Part shown: in pieces, positions 12,061-26,214 of the stretch
Position numbering within the stretch: position 1 is the first letter of the stretch
How the letters are laid out: every line of letters starts with the position of its first letter
Assembly: GCF_001194135.2 (NCBI RefSeq)
Contig: NC_068996.1
Coordinates: forward strand, 29,801,899 to 29,865,898
Source: Octopus bimaculoides
Taxonomy: Eukaryota
Reading direction: 5' to 3'
DNA: 64,000 nt
Notes under the pieces: model-generated
Databases searched by the model: none
What the model saw: the letters and a program-made list of their open reading frames with translations, nothing else
What the model was told of the DNA's origin: nothing
Made by a program: the position numbers and the translations under genes

Positions 12061-15000
12061 CATGATCTGAGCTTTAATAAATAGTAAGCTTAAGCAAACT
12101 ATATATATGGTGGATAATATAATTCATGGTTGTGAGAAGGACATATTTATAGATAAACTCTAACATTGATTGCAAAGTAATTGTTTACAATATTTTATCT
12201 TCATGAGAAAACCTTTGAAATTTAAGGCTATTTCTGATTCTAATAGCAAAAATAAAGCTATGTAGGCACAGGCGTGGCTGTATGGCTAAGAAGTTTACTT
12301 AGTAACATCTTGGGTGAGTGTCTTCCACTACAACCCCATACCAATGAATACCTTATGAATAAATTTGGTATGAATTATATGCATCTGGACATTATGCTGC
12401 CTGTACTTGAAGAGTTAAGGGTTACATTGGTTGGAAACAGTTGAAAGTTGCTAACAGAAGAGCATCTGACCAGAGAAAATATGCTTTGTAGGATTTTGTC
12501 TGATCCAAACAAGTATGGACAAGAGGATATTAAAACAATGATGATGACGATCACAAACAGACAGATACATGTGGATATGTATGCATGTGCATCTTTCATA
12601 ACTCGACAACCAGTGTTGATTGGTTGTGTCCTTTGGTTCGGTGAAAAGAAGCTGATAAAATAACTACTCGACTTAGGAACAAGAATTGTGGTCAATTTAA
12701 TCAACTAAACTCTTTGAAGTGAATGTCCCATCATGGCCATGGTCCAATGATTGAAACAAGTAAAAGAATATAAACAATTCCTCTGGTAATACTCAAATAA
12801 CATTCGAATATTGCCTAAAAACCATAATTATAAAATAGTTAAAGAATATTTATTAAAATTTTCTGTTTCTACAATAATTTTATATATATGAAAAAATGTA
12901 AATTACCTATCTTTTGCATCACGACAAGGCAAATTACGTATTTTGGGGCAAAAACTGAGGAGAGCAGTTGACATCAATTTCAATTGTGATAAATCAACAT
13001 CCTTCTGCAAGAAAAATATTAAAAGTCTTTTGCATTTTAAAACATTTATTTTCAATTATACATACTAACTCTCAATTAGCATAAATATATTAAGTGTAAA
13101 CTAAACAAATTTGGTAGACTTTATGATGGTACTTTGAAGTAGCTTTGCATGTGACTACCAAGTAAACCAGGTAATATATAAGTTGCAATTTATTTCCCAT
13201 CTGTTTCTCTCAAATGATACTACTTCAAGCGCAAGTAACCCATCCGTGTACAGTGAATTTTCAAATGAATAGAACATATAAATAAAATATGAGAAGGATG
13301 GTCAGAGTGAAAGGTTTTAAGTTTTATTCAGAAATAACTAAAATTTTCATTCAGAGCTTACTTTTTTAAACTTAGCCAATGCTTCATGTAAATTGATATA
13401 ACTTAAGTACACAGAACCTTCTGTGGACCAATTTTCAATCTTGCAACTTTGCTCAGGTGGTGAAAGAAGTTCTAGCAGATACTTCAAATGGTGATATTCA
13501 TCTATTAAAAAAATAAAATTAATATTAAATTCAAGATTTAAACTGAAAAGAAAGTGTGTATGTGTGAATAAAAGTATCTGATAAGAGCTATAACATTATT
13601 TTACAACAAAACAGTTTTAATTTTACTATCAAAATTATTTTTAAATTGTAATAACTTTAACAAATAATTACCATTAATTACAGCGTAAGGAGCAATGTGT
13701 TTCAAAATTATTTCATGAGCTTTGTTATATTTTTCAGCTTTTATCAAATGCCATGCCATTTGGTTGTACATATTATGATATTGAGCTCTGATTGCCTATC
13801 AAAAAAAAAGAAGAAAAAAAAGAAAAAATTTTTTAGTTTTACAATGTAATATTCTGAGGAAAACGTTTGCATTAAACCTTTCAATAGCAGGGTGGCCGTA
13901 GCTGGCCAAGAAACTTAATGGCAAATGATATCAATCTACCTGTAAACAGCTATAATAAGCTAGTCATATTTAAATGAGTTTCAATGCAAATTTTGTTAAA
14001 ACGCTTGAGATTTAATTATGTAAACTATTGAGTTACACTGTCTGACATTCTTTAAGTGATATGAACTTTTGCGAATTTTTTCCATTTTTACTCATTTCGA
14101 TTTTCTGATGTTTCACTTGGGACAAAAACTGGACACCAGTTTCATATCACCAAATAGTGAGTGTAAATTTGAAGTATTTTCAAAAGGCATAGAAAAATTT
14201 AAGAAAATATTCAGCAAACAAAAACTACATCTGTGATTATGAATAGAATTTTTTACCCCCCAAAAGTAAAAGAATTCTGACAGCAATTCTGATTGTTACA
14301 AAGAAAGTGAATTTGCACCTGAATATTAAGAATTTAACACCTGTTTTACTTAAATATTTTTAAAAAGATATTAGACCTAATCAAAGTCATTGCAAGGAAA
14401 CAAAACTGTTAAATTTTTTTTTTTCACTTTCTTTTACTTTGAATTGAATATTGTGGAAACAAAACATTATACAGAATTAAACAAAGGAGAAAAATATTTT
14501 GAGGTTTCCTACATACTTGAAAGAAATTTAGGAAAACCCAAGCAATTTTAGGAATGGTGTGTGTGTGTGTATGAATTTGATATATATTTCTTTTTTGAAA
14601 AGAAATGATTCTGATAATAGTTCCAACAGTGAAAAAAGAAGGAAAAAAAGAGAAATTTGCACCTGAATATAGTACAAATTTTAAAACTGTTTTTGTTAGT
14701 TATTTTAGTAAGATATTAGACCTAGACACAGTCTTTCCAAGGAAATGAAACCATTAGATTATTTTAACTTGTGATTCCTGCAGAAACAAATCGCTAAACA
14801 AAGAAGGAATAAAGATAGTTTGAGGTTAGAAAGTTAGAAACCTGAGCGTTTTTAGGAATATTTTGTGTGTTTATTGAATTTATAGTTTTTTTTCTTTCTC
14901 AAATTTACCTAGCTTTTATTTATCTGTAATTTTAATTTACCAGTACAATGCTTGATAAAGTTTGATTAATTTGGATTGTGAATCGTTATTATAATAGAGG

Positions 15001-18000
15001 GACCCATGAATATTTCATGGAATTAATAGTAAATCTATTGGGTTACTCCTAAAAACTTAATCCAAAAAACCTGAATGCATAGCCTATGTTGTATCTGTAT
15101 GGAACAACATGTTATGTCTGTATTTCATCTGCTACTCATTGAAAAGTGAAAGAAATTGGAATACGAGGATTACTTAATGTACTTTATATATATACTTTAT
15201 GCACAACTTTACAGACTTATTACTCAGCACTCATAAAATAAATATTCACTCTTATTTTCCCCATAAATAGAAAAATTTACATTTTAAAATTTACATGGTC
15301 ATAGTTTCATATGTAGAAAACAAAAATTTTATAGCAAAAACAACTATTTATATGTAAAATATAGGAGTCACAATTTCACAGGGATAAAAATTAAATGCAA
15401 CATGGCATACTCTGAAAACCACATTGTTGGTAACTTTTAAACCAAGGCGATGGATCAGAGCCAATACACGTTTCAATATGCGTACACCTTTCAATCCTAT
15501 ACTGCTTTGTAGACTATGTTCTTTTTGTAAGTTCTCCCGCTTCTTTTCCCTTACTTATTGTGTTAACTTTAACTCTCACATCAGATAATTTAAGAGCCCT
15601 TGAGAATGCAACATTAAAGTGAATGGCAAGTTTGGAATGTGCTTGTGTTAAGTGATAGGTGATATAAACAACTTAGTTCAATTAAAAAAAAAAAATCACT
15701 TTTTTACTATGCACTCACCATTGTCACCTCCTCCTCCACTCTATCACCCTCTGCCTTTCTTTAATCTCACCATCAGGACATTACCCTTCTGCTAAAATTA
15801 TATTCCTAACTCTCCTCTATATCACTACCTTCAACTAGCATTTTTAACCACATAATAAATATTATGTTCCCGCTACCACATGTCATGGACGCTTTTTTTC
15901 TTCTCTCTCTGCCTTACTCTTCATCTTATCCTCTTTTTCTCTAATCACATGAAAGCATTACCAATAAGCTAAGTAACATAATGACAAGCAGAATTATTAT
16001 AAAACGTGTTTCTATGTATTTCATTTCCTAGTATTCTTCAAAGACAACTTCCAGTTTTTCATTGTTTTATCTTTATGGTTCACCTACCTCACTCTGCTTT
16101 ATCTTTATGGTACACTTGTTTTACGGGCATTAAGTTCAACTAATAGCTAATCCAGGAAATTTGCACAATTCTTCTCTATTAAAATTTTGTTGTATACTCA
16201 TTGAATATATTAACTAATAATTCATTTTCTATGCTAATGTTTAAACAGAATTTGAATAATTTTATATTTTGCTCAATTTACCTATATTTAGATTTACTTT
16301 GAAACAAAAATTATGAAACAGATTCAGTTAAGAACCTTTTGTTAAACTGTATTCTAGAAATCACATTATTATGTTTGTAGTGGAACTACTTTCCTCTGGG
16401 GTAGTGGTCTTCCATCTATGTGCGATGTGCCTAATGTGCAGCCAATCGTATTGTCTCGCACATAGATGCATGACCCGCCATCTCTACAAAAGAGAAAAGA
16501 GTGTGCCTTTTGCAATCAGTCAGCAGAAGAGCTCAACACCATGACTGTCAGCGAACAAATCTCTACAACCATCGACGAACAAATTCTGTTCCAGTCAGTC
16601 AGCCAGCAGTTAGCAGAATACCTTGTGGAGAGTACAGCTATTTTCAGACACTACCCCTGACAGCATTACTTCAGCATGAACAGTTGTGTTATTTCACCGT
16701 CTTAACCCTGTAAACTTTGTGATTACATTTAGCTTGCATTGCGAATCCCGTCATTATCTACAGAAGGAGCATGCCTGTTTAAACTTCTTACTACCTTTAT
16801 GTTTTTACCCATTTATGTAATAGTAGGCCCAATGGCCTTCCTTGACTCCTACATACAACAATTGTCTATTCTCATTGCAACCCAAATAAATTATGATGTT
16901 TGTTCTAATATAGCCTTCTGATTTATTTTCTCAATGCCTTACAGATGCAACTGTTTCATTGACTTTCGGCATTGTGTATTTATTTGGTAACATGCTAAAA
17001 TTGGTAACACTTTACTTAAGTTACATTGAAACACAGAAACATCACTGTTACATGTTTATATAGAAAGAAAAAAAGCTCCAGTTGTTTTATGAAACTAGTC
17101 TACATTCACAATTATTTTAGAATTTAATTGAAATACATAGGGGAGTATTTTGATTAGAAATATAGTAACAAAAGTGTTAAATGTAAGTGAAAATATTGTT
17201 CATGCTGAAGAAATCATTAAATAAGATACTAAAATTAATTCAGATCTCAAAATACCTAAAGTGTTTATATAATTTGCAAGTAATTAAAAGTACAAACCTT
17301 TGCATAATGAACCCATTGTTTTGGAATGAAAAATCTCTCTATAATAAAGGATTCCCTTTCTAAATAGTCAATATCTTGACATAAAGATATATGCCGCATA
17401 AGTGTTTCCTTGATGGCAGCTTTTCTCCTACAATTTATAAAGAATTCAAAAATTCATAGAAATATTTTTTTTTTTTAAAAAGAAAGAATATATTATGAAT
17501 GTTTGAAACCTAGCAGCAACTAAAAGAAAAATTTTCATGTAGTGTTAACTTCAGAATGGAAGAAATTATGCATACATGTTCACATTAATGTATGTGCTTA
17601 GCATTACACAATAAAATTATATAATCATATTGTACATTCATAAATCAAAGCTCATGAGATCAGCAGAACATCATGGTTACACCAACAATTCCGCAATAAT
17701 TATAAACACAAAGTTTCCATTTAAATATACAATATATGGAAGGCCCAAATCAGGTCGAACTGGCTTATAAAAGAAATATATTGCTTCTTATCAGTTAAGT
17801 TAAAAAATTAAGGAATTAACAATCTCTAATGTAAATAATAAATACAAAAATAAGTGAAAATAAGTAAAATAAAAAATAGCATAAAAAATATATTAAGAAA
17901 TAACCAAATAATATAGTATTCAACAGTCAGCTTCAATATAAGGCCAGCAAGGCAACAATACTTCAGAGAAAGCATATGAACCTTTAAGAATTTTAGTCAC

Positions 18001-21000
18001 GCATAACAAATCTCAAATGAAATTTCCACTACAACAGACTGGAATAAAACAAAAGACATACATACACACATTTAGAAGCATATTTACAGGAACATATAAA
18101 TATAAAAAAATACACTTACGTTTATACAGAGAGAAATACAGGGGGAGGAAAGATTGGAAAAACAGTAGGGAGAGACAAAAAAACACATATACACAAAATG
18201 TGTGTGTGTGTGTTTGCATAAGCCATGTACAGGGATGCAGTCAGTAAGGTGAACGTCAGCAACAAATAGTAATGAATACGGTGTATAGGTAGGAGTTCAC
18301 CAAGAATCAGTTCTCAGTTCCATCTTATTTATCATAGTCCTCTAGGTCATAACAGAGGAGCTCCTCTATGCTGATGATCTTGTTCTTATAGCTGAATCAC
18401 TATCAGAACTAGAGAAAAAATTATAGGTGTTGAAGCAAGGTCTAGAACCAAAGGGCCTTAGAGTTAATTTAGCAAAGACTTAAGTCATAGTAAGTAGAAA
18501 TACAGGCAAATCACAAATCCCTTCAGGAGATGGCCCTGCTTGATAAGTGGAAAAGGCATAGGTAAAATCTCCATAGAGTGTACCCAGTGCAAGCTATGGA
18601 CACATAAGATGTGCAGAAGTATCAAAAGAAGGTTAACAGAGAAAGTAGTCTTTATGTGTGATAGATGTGCAGGTACAATAAACACTAGGCATGTACAGAA
18701 AATACATTTCGTCAAATGCCCGGGGGATACTTAGAAGTGGTAGATAGCTTCTGTTACCTAGGTGACCAGGTAGAGGAGGATGCCCTGAGAATGTAGCTGC
18801 TAGAAAAGTTCAGGAAGCTTCTACCTCTAGTAACAAAGAGCCTCCTCCCTCAGCAAAGGGCAGATTGTACGATACCTGTGTGTGAAAAGTCATGCAACAT
18901 AGCAGTGAAACATGAGTTGTGACTGCAGAGGACACGGGACAGAATTATTTATATCATGATGATTTATGTCGGGTATCAAAATGCAGACATCATGACTACT
19001 GCTCATTACTCTGTGAACACTGTAAAAACTATCAGATGGACAACTGCAATAGAGACTACAAAGTAGTGACCAGCAAAAAAGGGGCACAATTGACATTCTG
19101 ACTGCATCCACATTGCTGGAATTCATCCCTACATATGTGAAACTGCTGGAAGGCTATATGTATGACAACAGGATTTGGTTCTTTGCCATACCTCTGAAAA
19201 GAGTCAGAAGTAGTTTCTAGGGAATTTCTACAATTTCACCAGCCCCTAACTTTTGACTTCCTAATTACTTAATTGGGGCTCTGCCCCCACCTCCATTTTC
19301 ACAGGCCTGTCAAGCCTTCCCCACCACAAGTCTTTCATTCCCTAACACTTATCACTTCTCTATCTCTGGTATTCTTTGGCTACTGTAATCACCTGAGGCA
19401 TATACTACACCCCCTCCCATTTATTATCTTCCTTTTCTCACTCACTGAACCTAAATAGCAAAACCATCAACATTACCAGTCTAGAAAGACTTGTGAAAGT
19501 CACGAGAGGTGTCCCTTCTATCTGCTTAACAGTATAAAAGAACAAGATGAAAATAAATTGACAAAATATTATAAAACTAACCTCTTTTCATCGTTTATGT
19601 GAGCCAAAACAAAAATAGCCCATTCCCAAAGACCAAGTGATTCAAGTTGGGCTGCAAAGCTATGATTTATGCATTCTTTCTGGTATTGGGATAAATGATT
19701 ATATTGAAGACTCTGTAGTACTTGACATAGATGCCAACTGAAGGGGAGAAAAAAAGTATTAAATTGAGACAAAAAGATTTACTTTCAATAAATTAACAAT
19801 AAATACAATATCTCAAAATGAGAGCAGTTAATGAGCCATAATAAAACATATACGGAAAGAAATAATATATTTCTAAATTTCTCAGAGATTTATGCACTAG
19901 TAGCATGATAAGGACACAGGAAATGTGTCAAGTTCAACAGGAAATGGTGTTTCCTAGGGCTAAATAACAGTAGCATTCTTCCCTTTTATAGGACTGTCAC
20001 ATTAAGTTGACATGCTATCACTTTAAAACATACGGTTTCAAACAATTTCATAAAAAATTAAGAACAACTTATTTCAATAAAAGATTGTGCACAAAGAGAT
20101 GGTTTCACCAGCCCTGCTCTCTCTATGTATATATTAGATATTCATTAAGCATAAATATAGAATTGTTACGGACCTTAATCTATAATCAAGATGGTTGACT
20201 GTTGTTGATGCTGGTGATAAGGTCTGCTCAAGAAGATAAGCTTTATTTACATAAAGTTGTAATAAATGGTAACATGTATCATATATTTTCACTGAGTCAC
20301 AGTCAGTATCATCATTCTCTAAGTAAGATGGAACTGGTGACCTAGCATATTTGCCGCATTGACTTTGTCCCATTTGAGCTGCATCATATCTTTTCAGAGC
20401 TTCAAATATTACAGATGTTGGACTACATGCATACCTGAAAAATATGAATAAAACAGATAAAAAAAAAATTTTTTTTAAAGAGTAAAAAGAGTATTACAAA
20501 AATGTGTGTATGTAAATGTGTGTGCGCATGTGTATACACACACGTACATACGAGGTGGTATTAAAATGTTCCCAGACTAGTTTTGCAGCGTGCCAACAGA
20601 TGGCATCACCCAGTTGCATGCACATTGAGAGCTAGCAGTGATCTTCATGAAGCAGTGTGTCAAGTGACATCACTGTGTTTACTTCACAAGTTGTGAAATT
20701 TGTGTTTTTGTGATCATGTGTATGCTGCAGTCTGTGATGGACAGGAAGTTGGAACAAAGAGCCAATGTAAAATTTTGCATTAAATTTAGGAATTCTGCTA
20801 AGAGACATTGAGCATACTTCAGCAAGCTTATGGTAACAAGGCATAAGCAATGTTTCAAATGGAATTGGTGCTTCAAAAGTGGAAGAAAGTTCCATGCTGT
20901 TTTTTTCAACATCCATGGTATTGTGCATTGAGAATTCCCCCCTGCTCCCACTAGACTGTTAAGAGTTCTATTGAGACATTTTAAAGCATTTGAAGGAGGA

Positions 21001-24000
21001 CATTTGATGAAAGCAACTGGATCTGTGAAGTGTGAAGAATTGGATTCTTCATGACAACAATGCACCGTCACCAAGCTCTCCTCACTTGTGAGTTTCTTGC
21101 CAAAAACAACATGGCATTGCTTTTGTACCAGCCCTATTCACCAAATTTAGTGCCTGCAGGCTTCCATCTCTTCCTCAAGATGAAAATGCAGCTAAAAGGT
21201 CACCATTTTAACACTGTTGTCGAGACCTAGAGCAAATCATTGCTGCACAAGGAGACTATTTCAAAGAAGATGATGCTAAAACTTAGGTAAATAAGTTACT
21301 TTTTTAGTTAACATTACTAGTCCGGGAACCTTTTGATACCACAGAGGCATCCCCTGCATAACAGCTATTTCAGAACCGAAGCTCTACTTCATAGAACAAA
21401 AGTGCAAAAGATGCAGTGATACTTAGTGTGAAGGTAAGGGTCCATTAAGGTTCAGCCCTCAATCCTCATAATCTTACAGGCCATCATAGAAGAGTTTAAG
21501 ACTGGCTGTCCACAAGAAACTCCTATATGCTGATGATACTGTTCTCATAGCTGAATCTCTAGTAGAATTAGAAAAAACTAGGTATGGAAACTAAGCCTAG
21601 AGAGCTCAAGGTAGACTTAGCACATATTAAGGCTTTAGTAAGTAGAAAAGAAGACAAGACCCTGGTATCTTAAGGAAAATGGCCTTGCTCAATATACAGA
21701 AAAAAAATGTAAGTAAAAACTACATACATTGTACTGGACTCAATGTAAGCTATAGATACACAATAAATGTAGTAGAATCACAAGCTCACTAAGGAAAAAA
21801 GCTTTGTGTGTGATAAGTGTACTGGACAATATGTACTCTGAGTGCACCATAAATAGATCCTCTTGAATGCCCAGATGGTTCACTATAAGTACTTGACAAC
21901 CTCTATATTGTCATTATTGTTGTTACTATTATTATTGGTATAATTACATATTATAATGTATGACTTCACTAGTATGCTTACCCTCCTCTCATTAATACAT
22001 CTCTTGTATCCTGACATTTTATCTTACCATCTTTATTGACTATAAAATTAAATTTACCATAACAAATTCTACCCAATCCTTGTGAACATGGAAAAATCAT
22101 CATCATCATCGTTTAATATCCGTTTTCCATGCTGGCATGGGTTGGACGGTTTGACTGGGGTCTGGGAAGCCAGGAGGCTGCACCAGGCCCCAATCTGATC
22201 TGGCAGCGTTTCTACAGCTGGATGCCCTTCCTAACGCCAACCACTCTGAGAGTGTAGTGGGTGCTTTTTACAGGGGCCAGAGGAGCTGGCATCGACCATG
22301 ATCAGATGGTGTTTTTTAACATGCCACCGGCACGGAAGCTAGTTAAGGCGGCACTGGCATCGGCCACATTCGGATGGGTTTTTTTACGTGCTGTGGACAT
22401 TAAAACCATGATGAAAGATTTTTTAATATTTACAACTCTAAATTATCATGAAGAATCGTATTTCTGAAGGAGCTTTTACAAGCTGATTCAGACAAGAAAC
22501 TTTTGTTCCTAAACTATATATAATAATTCATTTGTCTAATGGCCTACTAGAACACTGAGGAAAAATTTACCAAAGATGTAATCCAAGGGCTCTTTTCCAG
22601 TTCATATTTTCACATACATTGATTTGCTGACCACAAGTTTCAAAAATCATCTCTCCTGCAAGCAACCCGAAGATTTTCAACCTCTCTTTAGATATATGTG
22701 CACCAGCCTACATAATAGTAATAAAAAAAAATTTTTTAAGTAAGATATTTCCAGTAAATCTAATGACAAACATGTATAAACAATGAATAAAAAGTATACG
22801 AACCAGCTGATTGTAATTTTGTAGTTGTAACTGCATAAAATGTTTATATGTTTTACTAAAACCACTAGCTTGCGCAAGCAACAAAGCTAAGTAATTGTCT
22901 TCATTTTTTATTGCCAACATGCAAGCTTCCTGTATTTGACGTCCACTCAGGTGACTTGTAATACTTAATAGGTTGCCATTCTCCTGAAATAGAAATAAAT
23001 TAATATTAGGAATTGCAACATTAGTCACAAAATGACTTTGTAGTTATGAAGCTTGTTTCACAACCATGTGGTTTGGGGTTTGGTCTGACTGCATGGTATC
23101 CTGAGCAAATGTTTCCTGGAAAGTCTTAGGTCAATACCTTGTGAGTGAAATTGATAATGTTTATATTTCTTTCTATATACCTACTTTTATGTTGACACCA
23201 CTTGAAAAACAGTACTGTGTGATTAAGTCCCAGTATATTACCATTTTGATACCAGACTCAAGTAAGTACAGGGATTAATATAACTGACTAAAACCCCTTC
23301 AAGGTAGTACCCCAGCAAGGCTGCAGTCCAACAAATGAAACAAAGTAGAAAACTAAATACAAAAACAGATATCCTTTTCTACCACTGCTCATCTTTCTAC
23401 AGCAGGCACAGATTTCTTCTGAAATATGCAAGCTAAGTTTTGCAAATTTGATTATATTCTTATATTGAAGTTTGTTGAGCTGTTCATCCTAAAACATTTC
23501 TTATAATATCTACACAAAGAATAGTGATGTCGTTTGATTTATAGTATGGTCTGATGTAACCAACAAACTTAGAATCAATGTATCTTCCTCATATCTTCAT
23601 ATCAACACTTTTCACTTATTTTGAAACAGTTTCACGTAAGTTTTTGAAGAAACTACATAGTCCAGAAAGAGATAAAATTCACGACTATTCTATACAATCA
23701 TTGTATGTACCAATATGAGCTACAAGATAATGAAAAAGTCTCTGCGTAATCATTTGACTGGCTAGGTCACCATATCTTACCTAACTCAAATTATATTTTA
23801 TGGTAGATCTGGTTAACCAACAATATTTATTGTAGAAACTATTACTGTGTATTCATGAATTGCACAAGTTCATGTTCAATTTTATGTTAAACAGGGTTCC
23901 TCTGAAGGATCTCTGGAATAATGTTATTAAACAGGAGTCATAACTAACAGGTAGGAGAGTCTCTCCATGTTGAGCCACTACTTCTCCACAATAGAAAGTC

Positions 24001-26053
24001 ACACCTCCTTTCCTGATTAAAATGTTGCAGGAAAGAAACACAAGACAGATTCTTCAAGCTGGGTCAACCAGTAGGAAATCAAGGAGTAGACTAAGAATGA
24101 GATAGTTGGATGATATACATAGTCTCAGTTGGTCATACTTGGGAATCCAGCCAAAAAGTGTAATGATAGTTGTTTCTGATAGCACCCAATGTAGGAGGTG
24201 CTGAGGACTCTTATCACATCAACCCTCCCAGGAATAGTAGGAGGAGAAAATGGACAAATAGATGGATTAAGTTATTTTCTGAACTTATTTTAGTAGCATT
24301 ACTGTGACTTACTTTAGTTGAATTCTTTTCTATTTCATTAGCAATTGTTTCTGCTTCAGTTTCAGCCAACCATCGAGAAAATGCTTCTTTTCTGGCTTGG
24401 TGGTATTCATATTCTGAGATGTTAGCTGTTCCTAAGATACACAAAAAAGTAATTTAAATTTATAAATGTATGCTCTTTATATTGCCAATCTAATCTGAAG
24501 TATTTGAAAAAAATTTTTTTAAATACCTCTATCAAGTTCTATAGGTTTTCCCCAAAGTGCAACACAGAGATCCCAACAAATCTTCATATGATGTATCTGC
24601 TGATAGTCTGGGTGGGAAGCTGAAGACCACAATAAAAATAATATTAAAATATATCAAATGTATCAAACATTTTTGTAGGATAAAATATGGATGCAAAGAG
24701 AATTAGTAATTATTTTTTTAAATCTCAACAATCAATAAACTTGAATAATATTATTGATAACAATTATGTATTATGAAACCACCAAAAGCAACAATGATTG
24801 GAGCCATACCCATATTTCTGTCGTCTTGAGCAGCACATTCAGCATATTTACATAAAGCTTCTATCCCATATTCTGGAGTAAAATGTGGATTTATATATTC
24901 TTTACTGGATACAGAATTGCTCAGCTGATTTTCTAACATCCATTTCTGTTGAGACTAAAAAAGAAAAAATGAGTTAGTCTCAAAATACCAGGTTAGTTGG
25001 ATTTTTAAGTTAATTGTACTTAAGTTGAAAGTTGTGGTCAAATAATTAGAATAGGAAAATGTCCAATGGCTAACTACTAATATTAAGATGTTTTAAGAAA
25101 AATACAACTTGGTAATTGTTATATAAAATTTTTCCTTTATGACAATCTAACTACATCAAATACAGAAAGTGCTATATTGATCAATCATGAATGTTAATGC
25201 TGAATGTGCTAACATTAATACAGTAGTTCCTACTTCCATGTCAACAAATTTTCTATTACAAGCAGCAATAATACTTATGTTACATAAAACTAAACCATAT
25301 CTAAAATACTACAATCATACAACAATTAGTACTACAAGATGATTTTATGGCTTGTAGTCCACATTTCACTTAATCAAAACTGCACTTAATAATCATTGTT
25401 TTTGAAAAGTCATTAGATTACAGATAATCACTATACTGAATTGCAGCCGACTATAGGGGGTTCCTATAAGGTTGATATCCACCCCTGATTGGAACTCTCC
25501 CGTATGACATGTACGCATGCTCAGTGACTTGCTTTAACTTCCGCAGACAACTCACATACTGTACTGACCGGTTCGACAAAGTTATTTCACTACATAGATA
25601 TCCTGCAAACGTAGCTATTCGTCGTATTTGGCTTCAGAGATCAAGACTTGTGAGGAAAGACTTTGTTTACACTGCAAATAGCCAAATGTGTTCCCAGCAT
25701 TTCGTCAATTTTAATGGACTATCGAAAGATCACCCCTTGCCATCCGTTTTTCCAAACAAAGTATTTAAAATATCAGTAAGTGCATGATCATATACGCAAT
25801 TAGTAGATGAGTGAAATGTCTCTTTGATTTATCCCCTCATTAACAGATTAGAACATGTTAAAATTCAAGAGGGAAACAAATTCGAATGTTTAATCTAATA
25901 ATTGTTGTGTTGATGTACAGGTATTTTTAACAAAGAATTTTGCATTCAAATAATAAATACATTGAAATTGTCGTTAATGTTCTGAATGAATGTGGGAATT
26001 TCAAGTAAGCCTAGCTATGATATGTTTCTTTATATACATATTCCTCTTATTTT

Positions 26054-26084
<31 letters not shown>

Positions 26085-26164
26085 NNNNNNNNNNNNNNNN
26101 NNNNNNNNNNNNNNNNNNNNNNNNNNNNNNNNNNNNNNNNNNNNNNNNNNNNNNNNNNNNNNNN

Positions 26165-26214
<50 letters not shown>

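Noticed and set aside
11521-12063. Long ORFs spanning N runs (also 25986-26364, 32819-33125, 39385-40116)
   Set aside because: Artefacts of assembly gaps; Ns contain no stop codons.
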